This document shows positions 11,780 through 22,832 of a stretch of DNA of 64,000 bases, one piece after another (position 1 is the first letter of the stretch; each line of letters opens with the position of its first letter). Position numbers and translations under genes: made by a program. The notes beneath the pieces are model-generated. The model searched no databases, was not told the origin of the DNA, and was given only the letters and a program-made list of their open reading frames with translations. The stretch is from Bilabrum cf. latius. Lineage: Eukaryota. The DNA is taken from positions 682,001 to 746,000 of the forward strand of contig OZ237764.1 in the NCBI GenBank assembly GCA_965178125.1. The letters run 5' to 3'.

Positions 11780-11981
11780 GTTAAATGAACGGAGCAGGAA
11801 CTTTCTTCAAAAATTACCCAATCTCCGCCCCTCTCCTGAACACAGAGAGGGTATGCGCGTCATCGCAAGCAATCCGTTGGCTTGGTCGCACCTTCCCGGT
11901 CGCAACTGCCATCGGAACCCAACGAGACGTTCACGCGCTCCCACTCTGGCATCAACACCGAACCCCATCCGGCGTTAGGAT
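9770..11981 (-). mobile_element. YR-retroelement derivative 1 (gag-like ORF only), 2.2 kb
   Basis: 5' 175 bp (11982-11808) and 3' 121 bp (9890-9770) match the ends of element 2 at 12363-12537 and 15651-15771. GAT/ATC core at both junctions. Confidence 0.85.
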
Positions 11982-12537
11982 CATAATCAGTATATCAAAG
12001 GATATATTTACAAGTTGTTTTCACCAAAGGCACCACAAAAAATTTATATTGGAAGCACCACCAATAGTTTGAAAGGTAGATTATATTCCCATATGGCAAA
12101 TTATGAGAACTATTTACAAAATCCAGAAGGTAAAGGTTGTTGCTCATCATATTCCATACTACAGCATACAGGAGAACCCGAAATAAGTTTAATTGAAGAA
12201 ATAGAACTGGATAAAACCAAAATCAGCTTTAGACTACCACTAGTCAAGAGAGAACGATACTACATAGAGAAATTTAAGCTAATGGAGAATATTGAATGTG
12301 TGAATAAACGAATTCCTTCCCGTAATCAAAAGGAATGGAAGGCGGAAAATAAAGAGCATCTTGATCCTAACGCCGGATGGGGTTCGGTGTTGATGCCAGA
12401 GTGGGAGCGCGTGAACGTCTCGTTGGGTTCCGATGGCGGTTGCGACCGGGAAGGTGCGACCAAGCCAACGGATTGCTTGCGATGACGCGCATACCCTCTC
12501 TGTGTTCAGGAGAGGGGCGGAGATTGGGTAATTTTTG

Positions 12538-15408
12538 TGGGACCGTGAGCGGATCCACCTGAAGGTTCACGAAGACCCGCTGGCATTCACGCCACGCAAG
12601 TACTTCGACAAGGTGCCTCGCTAGACTGCAACACTGCGGACTCGGCGGGAGGTTCTGTTTGGCGGCCGCACACCGAGGAAGGCCCCGTCCCTTGCCGAGT
12701 TCAAAGCCCTCCCACGAGTCGAGCGTGTACTGGCAGCACTGAACTATGGTTGCCCCCTAGCCATCGTGGACGAGGTGCCCAAAGAGCACGATCTAGATTA
12801 CAAGGACCGTAAGCTGTCTCCGGAAGAAAAGTGGGAGATCGCCTGCGAGATCGGGCGCTCCATGCGGGCTGGCGAGCGTGACTTCGTGTCACCCAAAGAT
12901 TTCGACACAGCCCGGGCCCGGCCGCTGGTGATCCCCAAGAAGGACTCGACAAAGCTACGGTTCCTTCAGGACTCCTCACTCAAGGTGAACGGCCAGCGTA
13001 CCGGTCTGAACAAGGCCATCGACTACAGTGCAGCCACGCCTGTGCAGCAGACGAGCAGCATGGACGTGCTGCGCTCGGCAGCCGCAGCAGTTCGATCCTG
13101 CCCCAAGCGTGCCAGCGGTTACGTCGTCGACATTTCCTCGTACTTTCGGGTCCTGCCGGTGGCAGTGGAGGATCTCCAATACAACCTGATCAAGCTGCCC
13201 GACGGGCGCATCGTGCAAGATTTCAGGCTCTCTATGGGCAGCTCATCATCTCCCGCGTTCGCAACTACGATCAGTTCGGCTTTGGCCCAAGCCCTCGAGG
13301 AGCAGTCCATTGGCAGGGCCATGCGACCCGGACGGAGACACAAGCAGAAGCAACGACGCCGGCAGCAGCAGCACGCCAACGCCCAATCCAGCACGACGGA
13401 CCAGGCGCCCCAGGCGAACTCGTCAGCAACGTCCACCCCGCCTGCCGCTAGCACGACAACGGGACATGTCAAGACGGCCCAAGACTAGTCCCGCCATTGG
13501 TAGGTCGAAAATGAGGTGTTTGTAGATGACTTTGCCTGCCTCGGCGGAGATCACGAAGTCGATGCATGGGCAATTCGAGCCATGGGGCAGCTGGACTCCA
13601 CAAACTTCCCCGTCAGCATCTCGAAAGCATTGAAGCAAGGGGCCCCAGCCCCGGTGTTCGAGTACTTGGGCCTCACCTACGACTTGATCAAACACGAGGT
13701 GCGGTGCCCTAAGGACAAGGCCACCGACGTCCTGCGCAGACTGCACGAGGCACTCACGACGAAGGGGATGCTGCTGTCTAGCTTTGAGACCTTGGTCGGC
13801 AAGTTGTCCTTCCTGTCGGGCGCACTTTATGGTATGCGCGGTGCTCTACGTCCCCTGTATGACGCCAAGGGCTGGGCCCTTCACAAGTAGGCCAGCCGGT
13901 CACGACCAGGTGAGGTGTGGGTCCCCACCTCCTTCGTGTCCAAGGGTGGCTTCACCGTTGGGGAAATCCTCGAGGGATTCCAGGTGGCTATCCAGCGCAA
14001 AGGCGGGCGCAGTTTTCCGATGCGGAGCACCATTGACTGTCCCATCATTCGCACTGATGCGTCGGTGACAGGCTACGGCGCCGAGCTACTTCTCCACGAC
14101 ACGGACGGAAACATCACATCGCACACCGGCATCCACGGCACTTGGCCGCATCGCCTAGAGGCGAAGGATGTAGCGGCGGCAGAACTTGCAACATGTTTGT
14201 TGGCACTGGCGCATTGGCGACAGCACCTGCGTGGACGTGTGGTGCGTTTGTGGTGTGATAATGATGCTTCCGTGTAGCTGATACGCTACGGCAGACCCAA
14301 GAGCCACATCATGGCAGCCTTACTTCGCCCTATCTTCGTACTGCAGACAACGCAAGATGTGCAGATTCACGTGAAACACATTCCTGGCGAGGACAACATC
14401 GTTGCGGACGCTTTGAGCCGCGGCTCACAGGAGGCATACACGCACCTGGACGCGGTGTATCAGGTCGACTGTCCCACGCCGATCTGGAGGACCTTGTACA
14501 AGCACGACCATTTCACGCTGGTGGCCACTCTGGACTCAGTGGGTTGCGCACGGCGTGGGGGCACTTCGACAACTTCCTCACGTGGTACGACATCGACCGC
14601 AGCTTCATGGACGGGCATCTTCCAGCAGCTCGCAGACTCTTCGCGTTCAGGCTCAATGCAGCGCTCTCGAGATTCGCAGTCTTCTTAGGGGAATGTTCGC
14701 CTCTCAGTGGCGGCACCATCGCTACATACACCAGAAATGCCTAGCGAGTCGTCATCGAGTCCACAGGAGCGTGCGGCGTCCCACGGTCAAGCTAGCTCGA
14801 CAGCATCCTCCGGTACTACCACAAAGCATCGCCATCGGCGCACCCGTTGCGTCGATCTTCAGCCCCACTCCGCGCAATCCGACGGTGTTTCTCGACAGCC
14901 GGTTGCAGCACAACAGAGTAGGCTGCTCGGGCAGCTGTCTGTCTCTGCTTCTGTGGGGGCCTCCGGCTGGGAGAGCTCGTCGGTGCGTCCAGACGACAAG
15001 CCGGCCTCCAATGGCAGCAAGTGCAGTTCATCACGCGAGACGGACGCATCCATGGTGTTGCCATCCGACTGGGCCTCCACAAAGCCGACGGCCCAGCCAA
15101 GTTCTCCATCCAAGCCGCAGAGCCCATCGCAGTCCATTGCAGAGCCGGACGATGGGCAGTCACAGGCAGCAGGTTCTGCGGCGTGCGAGCCTTCGTGGCG
15201 TGGGCAGCAGCGAGCCACGCCCCAACTGCAGGCGCAGACGAAGACTACGCCCGGTAGCTGGCGCTCAGCTGCCCCACGTCAGGGCCAGTCTTCGTGGCGA
15301 ACACGAAGCCGATCGTCAAGGCGCACGTAGTACGGGCGCTCCGCAGCTTCTGCTCACGAGAAGTTGCAGGAGCGGTGCACGGACATTCCATCCGCATCGC
15401 GGCAGTGA
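12538..15408 (+). CDS. Reverse transcriptase-RNase H (5' truncated, TAG read-through)
   Basis: One frame through TAGs at 13486, 13501, 13888, 14275, 14686 and 15328: VIPKKDSTKLRFLQD, VVDISSYF, LSMGSSSSP, FVDDF, YLG; RNase H TDAS, AAEL, CDN, HIPGEDNIVADALSR. TGA at 15406. Confidence 0.9.
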
Positions 15409-15602
15409 TGTGTTTGGACCGTGCTGGGGTCGCCTTCGAGGTCATTAGGCGATTCGGCAGATGGAAGTCGGCATCTGCATGCGAGGTGTACTTGCGGGGC
15501 GTCAGGGAAGGCTTGCCTCCTCTGGAGCTCGGCGGCAGGAGCCTCGATTTGAACAGGCCAGTGTGGGTGCTGGCCAGCGCGCTGCGGCTGAACTTGGAGT
15601 GA
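14544..15602 (+). CDS. Tyrosine recombinase overlapping the RT/RH frame (start uncertain; frame open from ~14265)
   Basis: With TAG=Gln: GGLRLGEL (Arg), HGHSIRIAA (HxxR), FGRWKS, EVYLR (Tyr); TGA 15600-15602. Confidence 0.9.
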
Positions 15603-15774
15603 GCCACACAGCCGCAGCGTACAAGACATGGCGGTAAGATTTGGCGGAGTAGTGCACGTGCTCTTCCCAGCCCCGGTCAGTCCGGTCAAGGGTCGCGCAC
15701 AGGCACAGCTTTGTCAGGTCTTGCCATGTCTGATTGTTAACGAGACTAGGTTGCGCGTACACTCTGGCATCATG

Positions 15775-15926
15775 ATCCTAACGCCGGATGGGGTTCGGTG
15801 TTGATGCCAGAGTGGGAGCGCGTGAACGTCTCGTTGGGTTCCGATGGCGGTTGCGACCGGGAAGGTGCGACCAAGCCAACGGATTGCTTGCGATGACGCG
15901 CATACCCTCTCTGTGTTCAGGAGAGG
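15775..15926 (+). mobile_element. 5' fragment (~150 bp) of a third copy of the same YR element, fused to the truncated capsid gene
   Basis: Matches 12364-12515, then switches abruptly at GGAGAGG to minus-strand MCP coding sequence. Confidence 0.85.
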
Positions 15927-16933
15927 AAAATGCGAGAAGGAACGGAATTGGAAAGCTTGTTGTTGTTATTTACCAGAGTAGCCGTGGCTCCGCTTGGAAT
16001 GCCAGCACCATGTGCCTAGACATACTGCGTCATTTCAAAGACATCGTAGGAAACTTGCTTGGGTAGGGTAAAGCCGACCTTGGGGGTAAGCATTTCAAGC
16101 ATTAGCCTGGGGTTCATTACCTTGACATCCGAGACGCTCACGGAAGCCCCCTGAGGAAGAAAGTGAGACCAAAGGGTGTTGCGAAGATTGGCAAAGTTCA
16201 CATCTAATTCAAGGGTTTCCAGACCGAATAAGGCGGGTTGCTCTTCCTTGGTTTCATAGTGGAAAGGGGGAACCATAATACATTCGGCTACGGTGAACCT
16301 CACGGTGCGTTGCGCCGTGCCTGGACCTCCTGCTGCTGCGGCGGGAACTGGGGTATTGTCTGGGGTGTTTTCCAACTGGAAATACCCGACACCACGTCCT
16401 GGACTCTGATACATACCGTCAGAATACGACCGAAGAGGATTATTGGAAGCAGCGTTCATCATTGAATAACTGGGACAATTATCACGGCGATACACGGAAT
16501 TCAGGCAGTTTACCTTGTGGACTTCGTCGTCAAGACAGTGATTGACTACATCCATGATTTGAGCGTTATTCTGGGTAAAGCGAACGGAATCAAGCGTTGC
16601 GGTTTGGGTGGCGATAGAACGGTTCAAGGGGTATGCCCTGGGGGCGTAAGTGTCTTCTCCAAATGGAACAACTGTTGCTGCGTTCGTGTTGCTGAAGTCA
16701 AGAGTTAGTTCAAAGGTTGCGGACATATACCCACGGCGACTGACACCGACCCCTGAGGGAATGGAAAGCGACCAATTCACGCCCGAGGAATAGTCACCGG
16801 CAGACCCTGAAGGTGCGTAGGAACGGAAGGTTCGGTTGGCATATCCAGTATCTACGGCGTAGGGTTTGGCGGTGATGTCAAGGGAGGCGGGTTCAATTTT
16901 GACTGGCTCCAATGCGTGAATATTGAGGCTCAT
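15921..16933 (-). pseudogene. Virophage major capsid protein, C-terminally truncated (~335 aa remain)
   Basis: RAYPLNRSIATQTATLD...AQIMDVV...NNPL...ECIMVPPF...FGLETLELDVNF, then through TAG 16016 to NSVPSRIF. Collinear with Sputnik-type virophage MCP as recalled (RAFP, NNPL, PPF, SIPRKL). Confidence 0.85.
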
Positions 16934-17041
16934 TGTCTGTTATACTATACACTCCGTTTTAATTTCTGATATTCCTTTCACGAAATATCAAACAAATCAT
17001 TTCCAATGTTTTCCAATGTTTCCCAATGCTTTTCTAAAGGA

Positions 17042-18151
17042 TTACCTGTGTCGGGAAAACTTAAATTTCACCGATGCGGAACCATGCCGAAGATATAGGG
17101 GGTGCGTCTCTCCATAGGAATCTTTCCAATACAAATTAAACTGTAGCGTGTCAATACTAGAAGCGTTGAGAAGATCTATGGTGTGTTCTATCTTGGGCTG
17201 ATACTGGAGAACGGCCTGGTTAATCATCTGGGAATCATCTAGGACACAATCCATATCCACCAAAACACTTTCCGTGCCTCCTGTAGAACTAATGGACTAA
17301 TTCGTGGAAAATCCAAAGGGAGTTTTGGCTGATACCCCCTCGCTTCGCACTGGAAGACTGCTCGTTGTGAAAACGACTCCGCGGAACACCTGGAAATGTG
17401 CTAGACTGCCCCTATCCTGGGTCATTTTGAGTCTGTAAGGGGACTAGGGTATAGTTTCCGTGTATGGGATTGGTGCGAATCCATCATCATCGTTTTCCAC
17501 CAAATAGTTTGTGCCTAGGGATTTGAATAGAACGGAGGAAAACACGTCTGGGTTCGTGTCTTGGATTCGCTGGACTGGGAAACCGCTTAAAAGTTCTCCC
17601 AATGGTTCATTCAATACCAATCTGTATTTCTGGGAAGGTTGTCCTTCGTGATAGTTGGAATCCGCGAACAGGGAAAACTTTCCATCGTCATAGGTAAGCG
17701 TTGGCGTGGTTGCTACTGCTGACTAGGGAAACTTCTCCATGGTCTCATTAAAGAGACTGACAAAGTGTTCTATCGTGTATAAATAATAATATCTTGTAAA
17801 TGCCTGGGGGGACTACCAGCTCGGCTACGGTTCTGCGATTAACTAGGGTTTCCAAATGATGGGTTGCGTTCCAATCATGCTCCCGTCCTCCACGTCTTGG
17901 ATGCTGATTCTGTAGATGGTTTGGTCTGGATTCTTGCTAGAATTTGTGGAAAGGTCTATATCTATGTGGGGAATCCATACGGGAATTGTATTGGTGGATA
18001 TGGTGAATCGTTGGACGCTCAATTTGTAATCCTCCACATTTCCGCTTAAGATTGGCTTTTTCCTCACCTCGTTGTATTGGGCGGGCTGATAGGAGTCTTC
18101 ATTATTGCGTATATTTGCGTTGATATAGAAGTAGTCCGGTTGTCTAGACAT
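17042..18151 (-). CDS. Virophage minor capsid (penton) protein, 369 aa with 6 in-frame TAG
   Basis: YNEVRKKPIL...DYKLSVQRFTISTNTIPVWIP, YYYLYTIEHF, LNEPL, VVFTTSSLPV, YWKDSYG..P..L..GSASVKFKF. TAGs at 17843, 17825, 17813, 17723, 17444, 17297; TAA stop. Confidence 0.85.
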
Positions 18152-18381
18152 TTACTATACTATCACTTTTTTAGAAAAAACAATCCTTTTAAGAAAAGAA
18201 TAAGCAAAAGAGCGGAGCGCGCTTAAGCGCGAGCATCTTGACTAAAAACAGTGAACGGGAGGGGTTTTCAACCCTTTGGGAAATGGTCGGAAGTCTTGGG
18301 AAATGGATAGGAAACACTTGGGAATTGCTAAAAAAAAAACATTCTAAAGATATACTAAGTGGTTTTTCTCAAAAAGTAACT

Positions 18382-19503
18382 ATGGACTACGCTCTAAGTG
18401 ATACAGATGTAAGGAATTTGTGTGGGAATCCGCCCAGAGTGAAGGGGTTCAAGGCGTGTGCCGTCTCCATAATACCATATGAGAACTTGGAAAGAGTGGA
18501 AAGCATAGATAGAATCGTTTCACCGTCCAAGCCTTGTATTTTGTTGTATTAGGAAAGTCCTAATTCAGGTCATTGGGTTGCCTTGTTTCGTCGTGGGAAA
18601 ACCCTGTGTTTCTTTGACCCCTATGGCGTGAAACCTAATGCTAACGCCGAATGGGGTTCGGGGTTGATGTGGCGATGCGTTCGAGACTCGAACACAGGCT
18701 CCGGTCTACCAACGCGAGGTTGCAACCGCCAGTGCGACCAGCAGCTTGCGAGGCATTCCCTCGTCTCCTTCCTTAGGGAAGGGGGCGGGGCAGCGCGGCA
18801 GTGGCCGTTCCGGCTCATGCCGTTGTTTTGTATTTATGTTCGGTTTGGTGCTCACACGGGTAGTGCTTAACGCCGTGTCAACTATCGCGCGTGTCCCTGT
18901 GGGTCCGTTCGCCGACGGCGTTCGGCCTACATCGTGCATCCATCCTCGGCCTACTTGGCGCTCCAGTGGATCCGAACCAATATTTACTTCGATGTGATCC
19001 ATCTTTCTCGGCACATCGATGGGACTTCGGTGGCCGTTCCGGCTCATGCCGTTGTTTTGTCCCACCCTCCTCTCCCTGGTTTGGCTGATAGTGGAGCGGA
19101 CGCGCAACCGACGGTTCTGGTGCTTTCCAACCGACGTCGGCGCGCGGTCTGCTCAGATTGGCCATGCTTTGCCCATGTCTTGATTGAACTGGAGACGAAG
19201 TGTGTCGAGTAAGCATCGTTGCATCAAGATATGTAGCAGACTCTAATGAGTTCTAAAGTGCGGAAACGATTCTATGAAAACCCACACCTCGCTAGGCTCA
19301 TGTATGAATGCCCTTACTCTATAGATTACAATTAGTATCCTTTCCAAGCCGATGGAGACGACATAGCAACCTGTGGGAGACACTGCGTGGTCCGCCTTTG
19401 GAATCGTGGGAAAAGCACGGAAATGTATGGGAAATATGTGGAAAAGGTGTGTAAATCATAGGAAATAAATCCGGATGAATTAGTGTTCTTATTGACGACT
19501 TAA
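18382..19503 (+). pseudogene. Virophage maturation cysteine protease interrupted by a 585-bp insertion
   Basis: MDYALSDTD...ILLY(Q)ESPNSGHWVAL...FFDPYGVKP | DM...YN(Q)YPFQADGDDIATCGRHCVVRL...TAA; His, Asp, Gln and Cys catalytic residues present. Confidence 0.9.
18640..19224 (+). mobile_element. Non-autonomous 585-bp YR-element relative
   Basis: Begins GCTAACGCCGAATGGGGTTCGGGGTTGATG (cf. CCTAACGCCGGATGGGGTTCGGTGTTGATG) and ends GCATCGTTGCAT(C); 31-bp direct repeat at 18801-18831 and 19030-19060; removal restores the protease frame. Confidence 0.8.
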
Positions 19504-19577
19504 AGCGTTTTCCATTTTCGTCAAAACTATATGCGTCCAGTGAAACACTATTATCGTTATCTATACTATAGAAGGAA

Positions 19578-20489
19578 ATGCCCTCATTCACTTGGACTCA
19601 CACTGTAGACACCATACCAATTGCGAAAGACACAGAATAGAACAGAATATTGTTTCTAGATAAAAGGGACGATCACGAGACGAAGTTTGGCGACAACGAC
19701 GACATGACAGCGGAAGATTTAGAGCTCACGGAAGTTCTTAAGAATAAAGTTTCAATGAAGCGTTTGGATTTACTCCGCAAACATTTAATCCAGTCTGTAG
19801 AACCTTTGGATAGCGATATGAAGCGGTTCTATGACTTGGCGTAGGAAAAGAAGCGAAAGGAAGTCAGTCTGCGGAAAGGACAATTTGACCCAATGCCGAG
19901 TGGGAAAGGGCGAGAAGTCATATATATTACCGCTCCAAGCGGTGCGGGTAAGTCTACATGGGTTTCCAAGTATTCCAGGAACTATTCCAGACTTTTCCCA
20001 GACCGAAAAATTGTCTTGTTCTCACGCTTGGAAGACGATGAGGTGTTAGACGCGATCCCGTCTCTCGTGAGAATCCAATTAGATGAAGAATTAGTAGAGA
20101 ATCCCATTGACATTCACACCGAATTAAAGGACTGTCTGGTGATTCTAGACGATATTGACACGGTGAATGACAAGAAAATCCGTTTGGCATTGGAATAGTT
20201 GTAGGACGACTGTCTGTAGACCGGAAGGCACTCAAACACTTCTTGTTTGATTACTAGTCATTTAAGCACCAATTATAAGAGCACCAGGATAGTGTTAGCG
20301 GAATCCCACAAAGTGGTTATTTTTCCAAGGGCTTCCAGCGCTCACTCTTTGCGTTATTTGTTGAATAAATATGTTGGACTTGAGAAACAAGACATTTCTA
20401 AAGTGATGAAATTACCGAGCCGTTGGGTGTGTATCCATAGGAATTATCCTAGATATGTTTTAGGCGAGAGGTAGGCATACATAGTGTAA
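19578..20489 (+). CDS. A32/FtsK-HerA-type genome packaging ATPase, 6 in-frame TAG
   Basis: Walker A YITAPSGAGKS, Walker B LVILDDID, L(Q)TGRHSNTSCLITSH, RIVLAESH. TAGs at 19638, 19842, 20196, 20202, 20217, 20472; TAA stop. Confidence 0.92.
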
Positions 20490-20496
20490 AAGCTTT

Positions 20497-20964
20497 TTAA
20501 AATAAATTTTGCTCCTTGACATATTTACTTGCTTGTGGAAGAGACATGGCAGTCTGCTCCATCACCGCCTTTACTACTTTATTCCTTTGCTTCATTTTCT
20601 CACTTATTTTCCTCTTACGCCCTTCCGTGGGCTTTTGGGAAAAGCTTTTACGTTTTCCAGAACCGCCCAGAGATAATCCACCGATATTGGATAAATCCTC
20701 TACTGGGGTTCGGAGATTGTCAAAACTGCCGACATGAAAAGGGGTTTTCTCTTGCTTTCCAGCCAGTTTCTTCCAGATCTGTTTGCCCTTGGCGACTACA
20801 CCTTGTCCCAAGGTTTTGAATATGAACTTCATCGCCTTGGCATCATCCCTCCATTTTCCGCCTTGGAGATTGGGGGACACTTGGGCGATTCTCTCGTTGG
20901 CGTCCTTCTGTTTCTGCTACACTAACTATGCCGTCCGCTTCCTAATGTATTCGTCAATATCCAT
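20497..20964 (-). CDS. Basic core (pVII-like) protein, 155 aa
   Basis: MDIDEYIRKRTA(Q)LV(Q)...LQGG...IGG.SLGG...RNKVVKAVMEQTAMSLPQASKYVKEQNLF; C-terminal motif recalled from virophage core proteins. Confidence 0.65.
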
Positions 20965-21174
20965 TATAGTATAGAATGAGCTTTTTTTAAAAGAAGTATG
21001 CTCTTTTATTGTTTTCCATTGCTTTCCATAGTTTTCCAAACATTTCCCTCTGTTTCCCACCCATTTCCAATCCACTTGGAAAACGCTTGGAAAACAAGAT
21101 GCTCGGCCTTTGGCCTCCGCTCTTTCCATTTTTTTCAAAAGGATCTTTATTAAAACGTAATCTTATAGTAAAGC

Positions 21175-22518
21175 ATGTCATTCCAATCACCAAACGTCCA
21201 AGCACTCATACAACAAGCCCTTGGAAAACAGCTAGACTGGGCGAAATTGTAGGATTTAGAAGCAAAAGACACCGCCGACCTGGAAAGCGAATACGCTTCC
21301 TATATTAGGTAGAAAAGTAAAGTAGAACGATTGAAAGAGAGTGGAAAATATGGAACGCCTTCTATGAGGAAGAAAGCGGACCAAACCAACTAGGAAATCG
21401 TGGGGAAATCCATCGCTGGGATCATGAAGGGAGTGGTTGAGGGAGAGCTGGGAAAAGCGCGGAAAGCGACGGAAGCTTTAAAACAGTTCTTGGGAAGCAT
21501 CAACGTGAGTGGGGAAATGAAGGAATACTTGGGGAGACAAATTGTAAACATAGCGACCCTTGCGAGGAAGGGATACGCAGGCTTGCGTAAAGTCCCATCA
21601 GAAGATATGAAAATCTTGAATAACCTTAGAGAAATTGTTTAGAGTTCAGCAGGATAGCCGCATACTATACCACGAGGACTTCGTGAAACACCAGAACGGA
21701 CTGTTGAGAGAACACCGCAGTTGCGAGAAGAAGAGGCAGAAAGGGACGACGAAGACAACGACGAAAGACCTGAGCCGACAAGAACGAACAGGCAATTGCG
21801 AACCATCCTAAAAGATATGGGAAAAGCAAATATTGATACAAGCCATTTACTTCGTTTAAGAGACGCAAAAGACCAGCGACTAGCAGCCCGCATTTGGGAC
21901 GCAAACAGAGACCAAGGGATAGAGTATGCTTTACAATTCGCCAGCGGCTCCACGGTATCACCAGCCAAAACACGAGCAAGACGACAAAAGGAAGCAGACA
22001 TTCCACTGGAAGACCCGCCAGCGCAGCCTCAACCACAAAGAAAGTCCCGACCACAGAAAGAGATAGAGAAAGATATGGATAACGCATATCAGGCAGGATT
22101 CATTACAGAGGATGAAGTTAGACTATTCCAGCGAATTAAAGATTCCAGCGACAGGAAGGTGGTGCGAGCGTTTTGGGATAGGCATAAAAATTTACCGCTT
22201 AAACGAGCCATTCAAATTGTAGACCCGCAGTTGTGGACTGAAGAAGAGGCGGAAGTGAGACGAATGTAGCGGGAGGGACGGGCTCCAAGTTTCGCATCAC
22301 CTATACAGAAAGGAGCCAAGAAAGGAGCCAAGAAGGGAGCCAGGAAAGGAGCCGTGCGAGGGCGCGGACGATTAAATCCATAGGAATCACACATTTTCCA
22401 GACCGCTAAGAATGTTTCCAAGAAGGTAAAGGGAGCGACCAAAGACATTCAAGACTAGGTTGCGGACGAAGTGATTTCTCTACTTAAATCTACTGCTATA
22501 CTATATAGCACAGAATGA
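21175..22518 (+). CDS. Hypothetical viral protein, 447 aa
   Basis: ATG 21175; one frame joining ORFs 21400-21642 and 21721-22269 via TAGs only; KGAK repeats; TGA 22516-22518. Confidence 0.7.
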
Positions 22519-22727
22519 CGGAAGAATGGAGTTACAATAAATACTATTACGAGAAAAATAAGGAACGCTTAAAGAAAAAGGTGGAGTGCGGGTGCGGTTC
22601 CAAAGTAGCTCGCTACAATTTGTAGCACCACAGGAAAACCAAGAAACACATGGCGTGGGAAACCGATGAAACCAAGCAGGAAATCCAACGACTCAAGGAC
22701 GAGTTAAAATGCTTGAAGCATGAATAA
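22515..22727 (+). CDS. Small zinc-finger protein (70 aa)
   Basis: YYYEKNKE...VECGCGSKVARYNL(Q)HHRKTKKH; one TAG lies between the Cys and His ligands; TAA stop. Confidence 0.75.
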
Positions 22728-22832
22728 AAGAGCTTTTTAGGAAAAACCTCAGCCAAAAAGAATTCAGAGAGTCCTTAAGTAGTTTTGGTTAAGCTTTTCT
22801 TAAAAGCTTACTATATATATATATATTAACGG

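Larger units (their letters stand above)
9761..12366 (+). pseudogene. GIY-YIG endonuclease gene interrupted by retroelements
   Basis: Removing element 1 joins ATG ACA TCT GAT (9761) to CAT AAT CAG..., giving MTSDHNQYIKGYIYKLFSPKAPQKIYIGSTTNSLKGRLYSH...RERYYIE...CVNK. Interrupted again at 12364; 3' end missing. Confidence 0.85.
12364..15771 (+). mobile_element. DIRS-like tyrosine-recombinase retrotransposon derivative 2 (RT-RNaseH + YR, no gag), 3.4 kb
   Basis: Starts ATCCTAACGCC and ends CACTCTGGCATC; GATGCCAGAGTG (12392-12403) is the inverted repeat of 15760-15771; overlapping RT/RH and YR frames. Confidence 0.9.

Noticed and set aside
12015-12485. 156-aa GIY-YIG ORF as an intact gene
   Set aside because: The true start lies at 9761 beyond an insertion, and residues after KEHLD derive from retroelement sequence.
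12538-15602. Prokaryotic retron, DGR or group II intron RT system
   Set aside because: RT fused to RNase H and overlapped by a tyrosine recombinase is the DIRS-order layout, and the context is eukaryotic.
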